A stretch of 64,000 nt of DNA from a bacterium (GTDB lineage: Bacteria; Electryoneota; JAOADG01): positions 2,560,001 to 2,624,000 of the forward strand of contig OY820579.1 in assembly GCA_963681965.1 (NCBI GenBank), given 5' to 3'. Positions within the stretch are counted from its first letter, which is position 1, and each line of letters begins with the position of its first letter. A program made the translations under genes and the position numbers. Under the pieces are notes generated by a model. The model was not told the origin of the DNA. It was given only the letters and a program-made list of their open reading frames with translations, and did not search any database. This document shows positions 30,775 to 39,523 of the stretch, one piece after another.

Positions 30775-31865
30775 AACAAGAATTCATTAAAATCAGCGAT
30801 TTGTGTAAGTTCGAGTATGGCGACAGCCTTCCCGCTCGAACAAGAAACACGGGAAGTGTCCCTGTCTATGGTTCGAACGGTATCGTTGGATTCCACGACA
30901 GTGCTGTGACTTCAGGAGAAACAATAATTGTTGGGAGAAAAGGTTCGGTTGGTGAAGTTCATTACTCGCCAGTTGCCTGTTTTCCTATTGACACGACTTA
31001 CTACATTTCACGAACGCTAAAAAAGTGCTCACTTAAATGGTTGTATTTCATTTTGAAAAGTTCCGGAATGACTGAGATGAATAAAGCGTCAGCAGTACCG
31101 GGTTTGAACAGAAACGATGCATACGATGTCAAAATCCACTATCCCCCACTACCCGAGCAGGAGCGCATCGCGGCGATCTTGGAGAAGGCAGATGCGGCTC
31201 GTGCCAAACGCCGCCAAGCCAATGCCCTGACTGAGGAGTTCCTCCAGTCCGCTTTCATCGACCTCTTCGGCGATCCCGCCACTAATCCGAAAGGATGGAA
31301 GACAAAACCTCTAGGGTCATTGTGTGACATTAGACGCGGCGCATCACCTAGACCAATAAAAGAATTTCTGGGCGGAACCATTCCTTGGATAAAAATTGGT
31401 GATGGTTCGCAAGGTGGTTCTATTTTCCTATCATCGACAGCAGAACACATAATCGAGTCAGGTCAATCCAAAAGTGTGTTCGTACCTGAAGGTTCGTTGA
31501 TTTTTGCTAACTGCGGTGTGAGCTTAGGATTTGCTAGGATTCTCAAAATTTCTGGTTGCATTCACGACGGTTGGTTAGCATTTAGCAATTATTCAAACGA
31601 ACTAAATCCCTTGTTTTTACTCGCGACAATCAATGAGTTGACGGGGTATCTTAGAGGGATTGCCCCTTCAGGAACTCAACCCAATTTGAATACTTCGATC
31701 ATGAAAAATCTGCAGATTCCGCTACCACCCGTCAAAATGCAGTCCAACTACGCTGAAACAATGATTCAAATCGAAAACCTACGAACTAAGCAACTTCAGT
31801 CCGAGCAGGAACTCGAGAACCTGTTCCAAAGCCTTCTGCAGAAGGCGTTTCAGGGGAAGTTGTAA
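30771..31865 (+). CDS. hsdS: Type I R-M specificity subunit
   Basis: Two TRDs separated by PPLPEQERIAAILEKAD...FGDPATNPKGW; ends SLLQKAFQGKL (repeat A copy 2, 31800-31865). Confidence 0.93.
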   Translation: MKQEFIKISDLCKFEYGDSLPARTRNTGSVPVYGSNGIVGFHDSAVTSGETIIVGRKGSVGEVHYSPVACFPIDTTYYISRTLKKCSLKWLYFILKSSGMTEMNKASAVPGLNRNDAYDVKIHYPPLPEQERIAAILEKADAARAKRRQANALTEEFLQSAFIDLFGDPATNPKGWKTKPLGSLCDIRRGASPRPIKEFLGGTIPWIKIGDGSQGGSIFLSSTAEHIIESGQSKSVFVPEGSLIFANCGVSLGFARILKISGCIHDGWLAFSNYSNELNPLFLLATINELTGYLRGIAPSGTQPNLNTSIMKNLQIPLPPVKMQSNYAETMIQIENLRTKQLQSEQELENLFQSLLQKAFQGKL

Positions 31866-31881
31866 TCAATTAGGAGATGTA

Positions 31882-32595
31882 ATGAGTGGAATATTAATTG
31901 ACCGTTTAAGCGGTATTCATGGTATTCTCATGGCGTCATTCGAAGCTAGTGCAAAGATGTCCAGTTCAACTATAGGTTCAGAACGCGAAAACTTCGTCAA
32001 GTATTTTTTAAGTGATATCCTACCTCCACCATTTCGAATCGGATCAGGTGATATCATCGACAGCAAACAACAACGAAGTGGACAAGTAGATATAGTTATT
32101 GAATACCCCTTTCTTCCTAGCTTTCCTTTACCCAATGGTGAGAAAAGATTGTACTTTGCTGAGGGTGTAGCTGCAGTGATTGAAGTAAAATCAGAGATCG
32201 CTCAACAATGGCAAGATGTACTCAGAACAAAATCAAGCGTAAAGGCTCTTGAAAGAAAATACGAACGAGTTGTTACTCGCCATCATGGTGAAGAGTATTC
32301 ACACGGTGTTGAGTTTTACAACAAAATTCCTGTTTATGGCGTTGGCTATAAGGGCTGGGCTAGGATCGAAACACTTCGAGAAAAAACTTCACCTAATAAT
32401 GAAGGTAAAATAGACATTGATGGATTATTGGTATTAGAAAGTAAATTATTTTCATCACAGGAATTTACCTTGCCAAAAGAGTCATTCTCTTGCTTATTGG
32501 CATTTGCGAATTCACTCTTGAAAGACCTGAAAATGTTTCGCGAGATTGATGTAAACTTTGGTAACTATGTAAAAGTGCTTGATGGCATTGCCTAA
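31882..32595 (+). CDS. DUF6602-like PD-(D/E)XK-fold protein (cargo 2)
   Basis: GSERE...SGQVDIVI...EGVAAVIEVKS pattern; own AGGAG RBS. Confidence 0.65.
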   Translation: MSGILIDRLSGIHGILMASFEASAKMSSSTIGSERENFVKYFLSDILPPPFRIGSGDIIDSKQQRSGQVDIVIEYPFLPSFPLPNGEKRLYFAEGVAAVIEVKSEIAQQWQDVLRTKSSVKALERKYERVVTRHHGEEYSHGVEFYNKIPVYGVGYKGWARIETLREKTSPNNEGKIDIDGLLVLESKLFSSQEFTLPKESFSCLLAFANSLLKDLKMFREIDVNFGNYVKVLDGIA

Positions 32596-32613
32596 TGGAG
32601 ATTAACCTCGAAT

Positions 32614-32712
32614 ATTCAGCAGACTGCGTTTGCGAAATTGTGGAGTTAGAGATATCCAAGACTCTGTCTCGGAAATTCGATTTTGATGAAAGTGACAATT
32701 GTCGATGATTGA
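32614..32712 (+). repeat. Repeat B copy 2
   Basis: ATTCAGCAGACTGCGTTTGCGAAATT (32614-32639), ATATCCAAGACTCTGTCTCGGAAATT (32652-32677), GAAAGTGACAATTGTCGATGATTGA. Confidence 0.85.
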
Positions 32713-32797
32713 CTATTGTCCGAGTACCGAAATCCGAACAGAACTCGTAAACCTTTTCCGGAGCCTTCTGTTTAAGGCATTTCAGGGGGAGTTGTGA
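32705..32797 (+). CDS. 30-aa chimeric mini-ORF (rhuM start fused to hsdS end; includes repeat A copy 3, 32733-32797)
   Basis: Open frame MIDYCPSTEIRTELVNLFRSLLFKAFQGEL*; stop overlaps GTG of the next gene. Confidence 0.5.
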   Translation: MIDYCPSTEIRTELVNLFRSLLFKAFQGEL

Positions 32798-33714
32798 ACG
32801 ATAAAGAAATCGAAGAGTTAAAAGATAAGTACAAAGGAACATGGAACAGAGTTGTCGATAATCTTGATAACGAAAAATCAATTTCTAAACGTCAAGCGAG
32901 TCGAATCCTTTTAGCAATCAATTTCTATTTTTGGTTATACCGAATAAAAACAAAAATCAAAATTGAAGATTTGACCTTTGGCTTAGGTAACGTTTCAGAT
33001 TTGAAGAGTGGCGATGGAAAGTTATCACAAACACTTATCGATCACATTTGGAAGCCACTCGATGACACAGAGGTTTTCCATTATACTGAGTTGAGTATAG
33101 CAAATTCTATCAGCTCATCAGGCAAATTGCGGTTTTACTCCCTCAAAAAAAATTATGGTTTTAATGAAGTAGAGACACTCTGCAAGAAACTAGGCTTTAC
33201 AGGGTATCTATCCCCATCTCCAAGTGGGGAACCGAAATGGAAGGAAATGCATGAAAGAACTTTTATATTTTGCTGTTCACCTAATACCAATTCCTTAACT
33301 ATTCACCCATTTGTCAAATATGGGAAAGATGCTCGGTTAAGATTAAAGATTTCGCGACATTCCACATTTAAGCGAATGATTTACAAAAAGTTTTTCTTCG
33401 ATAGAACATCGATTATTAAACGACTGGATTTGTTACTGCACTTATTTTTTCAACGAAGATTGACATTAAAGGGGTATTCCACAATTATTGCATTCTATTT
33501 GCCAAGCAAGTTTAAAACTGAAGATGAATTTCGAATTGCACTCAGATTCTTCGATACTCACCCGAATTATCCTGAAACAGAAGAATTCAATGTTACCCTT
33601 AATGATAAAATTAAGTACATCGAAATCCCACTTTATAGTTCATCAGCGAGTAGTTGCCCAGTGCGCATAGAACTTCTAGGTGTAGAGAAGTGGAACGGAT
33701 CAGCTTGGGTGTAA
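32794..33714 (+). CDS. Hypothetical protein, weakly DUF2971-like (cargo 3)
   Basis: FHYT...LRFYSL and KFKTEDEFR patterns; AT-rich; RBS and GTG from repeat A. Confidence 0.55.
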   Translation: MNDKEIEELKDKYKGTWNRVVDNLDNEKSISKRQASRILLAINFYFWLYRIKTKIKIEDLTFGLGNVSDLKSGDGKLSQTLIDHIWKPLDDTEVFHYTELSIANSISSSGKLRFYSLKKNYGFNEVETLCKKLGFTGYLSPSPSGEPKWKEMHERTFIFCCSPNTNSLTIHPFVKYGKDARLRLKISRHSTFKRMIYKKFFFDRTSIIKRLDLLLHLFFQRRLTLKGYSTIIAFYLPSKFKTEDEFRIALRFFDTHPNYPETEEFNVTLNDKIKYIEIPLYSSSASSCPVRIELLGVEKWNGSAWV

Positions 33715-33734
33715 TTTTGATGAGTTACTTCTGA

Positions 33735-33830
33735 AATCGCCAGATATTGTCTGGCAATTTTTTGTGTGAATATCCGAGACTCTATCTCGGAAATTCGGTT
33801 TTACAGAAAGCGACGATAATCGATGATTGA
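33735..33830 (+). repeat. Repeat B copy 3
   Basis: AATCGCCAGATATTGTCTGGCAATTT (33735-33760), ATATCCGAGACTCTATCTCGGAAATT (33770-33795), GAAAGCGACGATAATCGATGATTGA. Confidence 0.85.
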
Positions 33831-34878
33831 CGAAGGTTTCAGTAGCTTTGCTCCCAAAGAATCCGAACTGCTGTTCTACCAGTTGGAAGATGGTCGCTCG
33901 CGCATTGAGGTGCGTTTAGAAGGCAACACGGTCTGGTTGACGCAGGCGTTGCTAGCCCAGTTGTTCCAGACGACTAAGCAGAACATTAGCCTGCATTTAC
34001 AGTCGATCTTCACTGAGGGGGAACTGGAACCCGATTCAGTTGTAAAGGAATACTTGACAACTGCCGTTGATGGAAAGAACTATAAAACAAAGTATTATAA
34101 TTTAGATGCGATCATTGCTATTGGCTACCGGGTACGTTCTCCCCGTGGCACCCAGTTCCGCCGTTGGGCAACCGAGCGGCTACGCGAGTACATCGTCAAA
34201 GGGTTCACGATGGACGACGAGCGGCTCAAGGAAGGCAAGACGCTCGGTGTCGATTACTTCGACGAGCTGCTGGAACGCATTCGCGACATTCGCGCCAGTG
34301 AAAAGCGATTCTACCAGAAAATCCGCGAGCTGTTCACCCTTGCCATCGATTACGATCCGAAGTCGCTTTCCACACAGGAGTTCTTCCAAATCGTCCAGAA
34401 CAAGCTGCATTGGGCGGTCACTCGGATGACGGCACCTGAATTGATCGCCAGTCGCTCCGATGCTTCCAAGCCGAACATGGGGCTTACCAGTTGGAAGGGG
34501 GCGAAAGTCCGCAAGGGAGATGTCACCGTTGCGAAAAATTACCTCAATGCTGACGAAATCACCGAGTTAAATCGCATCGTTGTAATGTACCTCGATTACG
34601 CGGAAGACCAGACCAAGCGTCGACAACCGCTTTACATCAAGGATTGGCGAGCAAAGCTCGATGCCTTCCTAAAGTTCAACGAGCGGGAGGTTCTCGACGA
34701 CCCCGGGCACGTTTCAATGGAAGTAGCACACGCGCTGGCATTCGAGCGGTATGAGCAATTCCAGCAGCGTCGCCTGACCGAGGAAGCATCGACAGCCTTT
34801 GCCGATGACAACGAACTTGAGCGAACACAGAAATTGCTGGAATCCGGTAGGGCAAGCAAGCCACGAAGGAAGAAGTAA
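33823..34878 (+). CDS. RhuM/virulence-family DNA-binding protein, copy 2
   Basis: Same motifs as 17072-18136; nearly identical after GYRVRS, divergent between WLTQ and GYRV. Confidence 0.9.
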   Translation: MIDEGFSSFAPKESELLFYQLEDGRSRIEVRLEGNTVWLTQALLAQLFQTTKQNISLHLQSIFTEGELEPDSVVKEYLTTAVDGKNYKTKYYNLDAIIAIGYRVRSPRGTQFRRWATERLREYIVKGFTMDDERLKEGKTLGVDYFDELLERIRDIRASEKRFYQKIRELFTLAIDYDPKSLSTQEFFQIVQNKLHWAVTRMTAPELIASRSDASKPNMGLTSWKGAKVRKGDVTVAKNYLNADEITELNRIVVMYLDYAEDQTKRRQPLYIKDWRAKLDAFLKFNEREVLDDPGHVSMEVAHALAFERYEQFQQRRLTEEASTAFADDNELERTQKLLESGRASKPRRKK

Positions 34879-35012
34879 GTACCGTTATATCTTAGAGATC
34901 GATTCGCTTTGTTCGTCTCATTCATCTCCTTGAGTCTGTGAATTCTCTTTTCCCTTGATTACTCTTCGTTTGTTTCCTTTTACCCGAGTCATTATTGCCT
35001 CCGAGTTGTATA

Positions 35013-35030
35013 GGTTAATGCGTTCTAACC
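35013..35030. promoter_or_regulatory. Candidate LexA-like operator GGTTA-N8-TAACC
   Basis: GGTTAATGCGTTCTAACC just upstream of the GGAGG RBS of the lexA-like gene. Confidence 0.45.
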
Positions 35031-35057
35031 ATATTGTACGTATTGGAGGATAATGGT

Positions 35058-35678
35058 ATGGAACGACCAGCACTGAGTCCAGTCCAGCAGAAGTATCTCA
35101 AGTGGATTGCCAGGAGGATCGAGAAAATCGGAAAATCACCGACATTAGCTGAGATCGGTGAGTACTTCGACACGAGTGGTGTGAATGCCTACAAAATCGT
35201 TGAGATTCTGGTGCGAAAGGGATATCTGCGAAAGACCACTATCGGTCCATACCGGGCATTGGAACTCGTGGATGAAGATGGAATTACAGTACATCCGGGT
35301 AAGTTGCCTGTTGTAGGACAAGTCGCGGCAGGTTTGCCAGTGCTGGCGGTTGAGAACCGAATCGGGTATGTCTCGCTGGACGAGGCTGTTACGCGACGTG
35401 GGGCAACGTATGCGCTTCGGGTAAAAGGCGAGTCCATGATCGGAGCGGGGATCATGCCCGGTGATACGGTGTTCGTTCGGCAGCAACCAACTGCAACAAA
35501 CGGGAAAATTGTCGTAGCAATGGTCAATGATGAAGCAACCGTGAAGCGGTATTTTCCAAATCGGAACGGCATAGTACGACTGAAGGCCGAGAACCCACGA
35601 TTCAAAGATATCCATGTGCCTGCAGATCAATGTTCAATTCTCGGAGTTGTTGTCGGTTGTTACCGGAATGTGGAGTAA
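35058..35678 (+). CDS. lexA: LexA-family repressor
   Basis: wHTH SPTLAEIG, cleavage site VAAG, catalytic GESM and ATVKR; ATG 35058 follows GGAGG. Confidence 0.85.
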   Translation: MERPALSPVQQKYLKWIARRIEKIGKSPTLAEIGEYFDTSGVNAYKIVEILVRKGYLRKTTIGPYRALELVDEDGITVHPGKLPVVGQVAAGLPVLAVENRIGYVSLDEAVTRRGATYALRVKGESMIGAGIMPGDTVFVRQQPTATNGKIVVAMVNDEATVKRYFPNRNGIVRLKAENPRFKDIHVPADQCSILGVVVGCYRNVE

Positions 35679-35707
35679 GTGATGACAATTAATGTGTCCC
35701 TGCGCTC

Positions 35708-37156
35708 TTGCTTGGTTTCAGATACGAGGTATGTGTGAATTTGTGGCTGAATCCGCTTGATACACCACTGGAAAAAATCAATCGACAGCTAGAAATGCTG
35801 ACTCGACCGTTCGGAATGTTCCATCAGTTCGATGCGTTTTATCGAGTCCTGCAGTCGATTCATAAGATCCAAGATAGTCTGCTTCCGTTATCCGCAAATC
35901 TTGGCATTTCCACATTCCCATCTGACAACCAGCAGGTGAATTCAGAAACATCCATCGCTTTGCTCGATGAAACGATCGTGAAGAGTGGTTTACCTGCCGA
36001 TAGCATTCTTGAACTGCAATATGTGTTCAATAACCCCGCACTAGTGACAGATGAAACGAATGGTGATGTTTTTAAGGTATGTGACTCCATATTTAGGCAT
36101 GGTCGCGCAGAGAATCAATCTACGAGCTTGATGAATAAACTACATCACCGAGTTGATGCTCTGGAGTCATTCATTACCCAGCAGATAAGGGAGCAGTCAG
36201 CATTACAACGAGAGCGACCGCTAGTTTCACAACTTCACATCCAAGGGAACAACAACGTTGTAAATGTAACCGGTGCTGGTTCGATTCAATTTCATCAAAA
36301 TAGCGATGTGACAAGACCCTTAGAATCCCAATTCGAGGATGTATCCTCACTATCATCATCAGATTGGAAATTCCGCGTTTCCGCTCAACTGGAAGAGTTA
36401 TCACCAGATCGGCTCAAAATACTGCATGATGAAACTAGAGCGCTACGGCATGACCGACTCCAAACGATGGCGCTTGAGCTATCTAAGCCATTGGACGCTT
36501 CTGCACTCAAGATCTTGGCAAAGCGCTTACAAGCAGAGTATTCAGTTTACACTCGGTCATTGAATGAGTCACTGGGGTTGATTGTGCTGGCATCGTTCCA
36601 AGCTGAATTTGAAAAAGTAAATATGAGTACTTCGGACGAAGAGTCATTACGAAAAGACCTGCAGACGATCTGCAGCAATCTTACGAGTCTCACCAACCGA
36701 TTCTTTAACTTACTTGAAGTGTATCAAACCACGATTGAACAGCTGTTGATGGATTCAATCGAAGAGTGTAGCATAATGATTGGCGATACCATAATCGATT
36801 CAAGAGCGCTGTTGGAACCATTGGAGCGATACAAGTGTTTCTACGCTCGTAAACCAATCGTCGCAGTGTTTTCCAATCTACTCAGGAATGCGTTTGCCAG
36901 CGTCGCTACAGTCAAGGAACCACTCATTACGCTTAGTTCCAACTTTGATCAAAAGTGTATCGTAACAATTCGCGATAACGGGGTTGGCATTCCCCATAAA
37001 GATCACCAGCGCATATTTGAAGACGGATTCTCTACAAAGGGAACAGAAGGATTTGGACTCGCACACTCACGCAAATTGATGGATTCGCTGGGAGGAACAT
37101 TGCGTTTGATTCAAAGTAAACCGAAGCAGGGATCCATATTTGAGGTGACACTGTGA
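35708..37156 (+). CDS. Soluble histidine kinase-like protein with atypical N-terminus
   Basis: NLLRNA, DNGVGI, FEDGFSTKG..GFGL; no TM segment; H-box and start uncertain. Confidence 0.65.
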   Translation: MLGFRYEVCVNLWLNPLDTPLEKINRQLEMLTRPFGMFHQFDAFYRVLQSIHKIQDSLLPLSANLGISTFPSDNQQVNSETSIALLDETIVKSGLPADSILELQYVFNNPALVTDETNGDVFKVCDSIFRHGRAENQSTSLMNKLHHRVDALESFITQQIREQSALQRERPLVSQLHIQGNNNVVNVTGAGSIQFHQNSDVTRPLESQFEDVSSLSSSDWKFRVSAQLEELSPDRLKILHDETRALRHDRLQTMALELSKPLDASALKILAKRLQAEYSVYTRSLNESLGLIVLASFQAEFEKVNMSTSDEESLRKDLQTICSNLTSLTNRFFNLLEVYQTTIEQLLMDSIEECSIMIGDTIIDSRALLEPLERYKCFYARKPIVAVFSNLLRNAFASVATVKEPLITLSSNFDQKCIVTIRDNGVGIPHKDHQRIFEDGFSTKGTEGFGLAHSRKLMDSLGGTLRLIQSKPKQGSIFEVTL

Positions 37157-38376
37157 AGCTGAGCAAACACAATCAGAAAATGAAAATTCTCTTAGTGGAG
37201 GATGATCCAGCTCATCGGAAGGTGATACTGGATGTTTTGCGCGATCAGTTTGATGTCTCATCTGCCGCTTGTTATGATTTGGCAGTAACGAATTTAAAGC
37301 AAACGAAATTCGACCTTGTATTCTTGGATTTAATGCTCCCAGAATCGAATAGCAGCGAAGTTGTTAAGGATGGCTCACTCGGATACAAGTTATTGAAATT
37401 GATCCGCCAAGTTGAACCCCTTTGTCCGGTGGTAATCGTTTCCGGTCTCCAATCCATCCGCACTGCTGTTGACCTAATGCTGCTTGGCATTGCCGACTAT
37501 GTAGTGAAAGATCAAATTGAGGAACAACTCCCACTTATTTTATTGCGAGCGGAACAGGCACGGCAAGGTCAAATTGACCAGTTACTATTACGCCGATTCC
37601 AAAGTGATCGAACCAGTGGAAAATTTGTTTATGCTGACAAGTCGATGAGATTGATTGATGAGAAGATCGACATGTTAGCTCGAAATGACTCGACAGCACT
37701 ATTGCTTGGTGAAACTGGAACTGGCAAGGATGTTATCGCCAAGGAGATTCACCGCAGATCATCCCGGTGCAAGGGTCCTTTCATCGCCATAAATTGTGCC
37801 AGTATTCCAGAAAAGCTGTTTGAGTCTGAGATGTTCGGAAGTGAAAAGGGGGCATTTTCAGGAGCGGAAACTACTAAAGTTGGCTATCTGGAGATTGCCA
37901 ATCACGGAACACTGTTTCTGGACGAGATTGCTGATTTATCTGAGGAAAATCAGAAGAAATTTCTGCGATTCTTGAACAGTAAAGAGCTTCAGCGGTTGGG
38001 AAGTACGAAAGTAATTCGAGTTGATGTGCGAGTCATTTCCGCTACGAACAAGGATTTCTCTTATGAGATCTCGGAACGTCATTTTCGTCGTGATCTATAC
38101 GAGCGACTTGTCCGTCATATCATACGAATTCCACCTTTGCGAACCCGGCTCGCTGACATTCCGGTACTAGTATCACACATACTTTCGCAAAGCCTTACCG
38201 GAAGTACTCTAAAATTCACTCCCAAAGCGATGAAGGAACTTCGTCGTTACGATTGGCAGGGAAATGTCAGAGAGCTCGATAATGTCTTATACCGGATCAT
38301 CGATGACGCTACGTCCGATGTCGTTGTGACCAATAGTACAACTGCGAGTACGATTGCAACTGCCCCTGCAGCATAA
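37153..38376 (+). CDS. Sigma54-dependent NtrC-type response regulator, probably C-terminally truncated
   Basis: LLVEDD/FLDLMLP receiver, GETGTGK, GAFSGA, FLDEI, WQGNVREL; no Fis HTH, tail is antisense of the next gene. Confidence 0.8.
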   Translation: MKLSKHNQKMKILLVEDDPAHRKVILDVLRDQFDVSSAACYDLAVTNLKQTKFDLVFLDLMLPESNSSEVVKDGSLGYKLLKLIRQVEPLCPVVIVSGLQSIRTAVDLMLLGIADYVVKDQIEEQLPLILLRAEQARQGQIDQLLLRRFQSDRTSGKFVYADKSMRLIDEKIDMLARNDSTALLLGETGTGKDVIAKEIHRRSSRCKGPFIAINCASIPEKLFESEMFGSEKGAFSGAETTKVGYLEIANHGTLFLDEIADLSEENQKKFLRFLNSKELQRLGSTKVIRVDVRVISATNKDFSYEISERHFRRDLYERLVRHIIRIPPLRTRLADIPVLVSHILSQSLTGSTLKFTPKAMKELRRYDWQGNVRELDNVLYRIIDDATSDVVVTNSTTASTIATAPAA

Positions 38377-38987
38377 TGGAGCTTTTTGGGATAGTTGAAT
38401 GCAGGTGACGAAGCATTGACTTTCTTCTCGATCATCGTAGTAGCTGCAAATGCTCCAACTGCCATGATGATCAGCAGAAATGCAAACAGTCCCTGAGAGA
38501 TTCCTATCGAATTGAAGACTTTGATTGCTCCCAACGAACTGGATTCGTAGAAGGTGTGATACAACGGATATAGTTCTCCAAATACGAACACACCCAATAC
38601 GCCTCCACCCACGAAGAACATTGCATCCACTTTACCAATCGACATCGCACAGATACTGGTTCCGGGACAATACCCCCCCAACAAGAAACCGATTCCCATA
38701 AACACACCACCGACAATTGCCGGAGCTAACCAAGTAGGATTGACATAAATGGCTTCGAGATCCAAGAGACCAAAGTATCCAAGCAGGATCGTGCCTGTCA
38801 TTGCGGTGATCGCGGCAGTAAAGAAGACGCGCAAGACAGTAAAGTCATAGCCATAAAAGAGACCGGCGAGTCTTCGCGATGACGAGAAACCTGCTTGTTC
38901 GAGGACGATGCCAAATACGAGACCAAGGATCAGCGCCACTACCAGATTGAATTGGTCAGAAATGATGTCAGGTACAAAGGGACCCAT
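38247..38987 (-). CDS. YeeE/YedE sulfur-compound transporter, probably 3'-truncated
   Basis: FGIVLEQAGF, GGYCPGTS; start at MGPFVPD; tail runs antisense into the regulator. Confidence 0.8.
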   Translation of the reverse strand: MGPFVPDIISDQFNLVVALILGLVFGIVLEQAGFSSSRRLAGLFYGYDFTVLRVFFTAAITAMTGTILLGYFGLLDLEAIYVNPTWLAPAIVGGVFMGIGFLLGGYCPGTSICAMSIGKVDAMFFVGGGVLGVFVFGELYPLYHTFYESSSLGAIKVFNSIGISQGLFAFLLIIMAVGAFAATTMIEKKVNASSPAFNYPKKLHYAAGAVAIVLAVVLLVTTTSDVASSMIRYKTLSSSLTFPCQS

Positions 38988-39003
38988 AATGTTCTCTTCC
39001 TCT

Positions 39004-39516
39004 CTACAACCAGAGTTTTCTAACGAAATAAGCAACGGCAAATCCAGTTCCAAAAATTGCCATCATGGTCACAAATCCTGCAGTGGAAAGCACTGCCATA
39101 CCGCTTAACGCTGCACCACTCGTGCAACCTCTTGCAAACTGAGCACCGATTCCAAACAGCGCACCACCAATTACGGCGAAGATCCACCGAGTGAGATTGG
39201 CGATTCTTGGACCTTTTTCAGTAACGACTTTTAATCGATTACTTACCAATCCCGACAGAAATCCACCAATGAGCACCCCGGCGATTTCAAAGACCAACCA
39301 TGATTTCATGGGCGACTCTTTTCCCAGACCCACATAATTTCCATAGAAGGCAGACGATTCGGCATGAGTTGGTGCAACCGCATCGACAGCGGTGACAACC
39401 ACACTTTTTATAGCGCCACTCGCACCTAGTCCTCGTCCGGTGAGAAAGATCGTTGCAAGTAGCACCAATCCCAGATAAAAACCGGCAAGGTAGGGATTCA
39501 TATACTTCGTGTTCAT
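39004..39516 (-). CDS. YeeE/YedE family protein
   Basis: NPYLAG, GLGASG, ARGCTSG. Confidence 0.85.
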   Translation of the reverse strand: MNTKYMNPYLAGFYLGLVLLATIFLTGRGLGASGAIKSVVVTAVDAVAPTHAESSAFYGNYVGLGKESPMKSWLVFEIAGVLIGGFLSGLVSNRLKVVTEKGPRIANLTRWIFAVIGGALFGIGAQFARGCTSGAALSGMAVLSTAGFVTMMAIFGTGFAVAYFVRKLWL

Positions 39517-39523
39517 TTCTTCC

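Noticed and set aside
33739-33763. Stand-alone terminator after cargo 3
   Set aside because: The hairpin is palindrome P5 of repeat B and its equivalents lack a T-tract; a dual role is not excluded
16981-33830. Integron attC sites
   Set aside because: Palindromes lack RYYYAAC/GTTRRRY ends, and no tyrosine integrase is in the window
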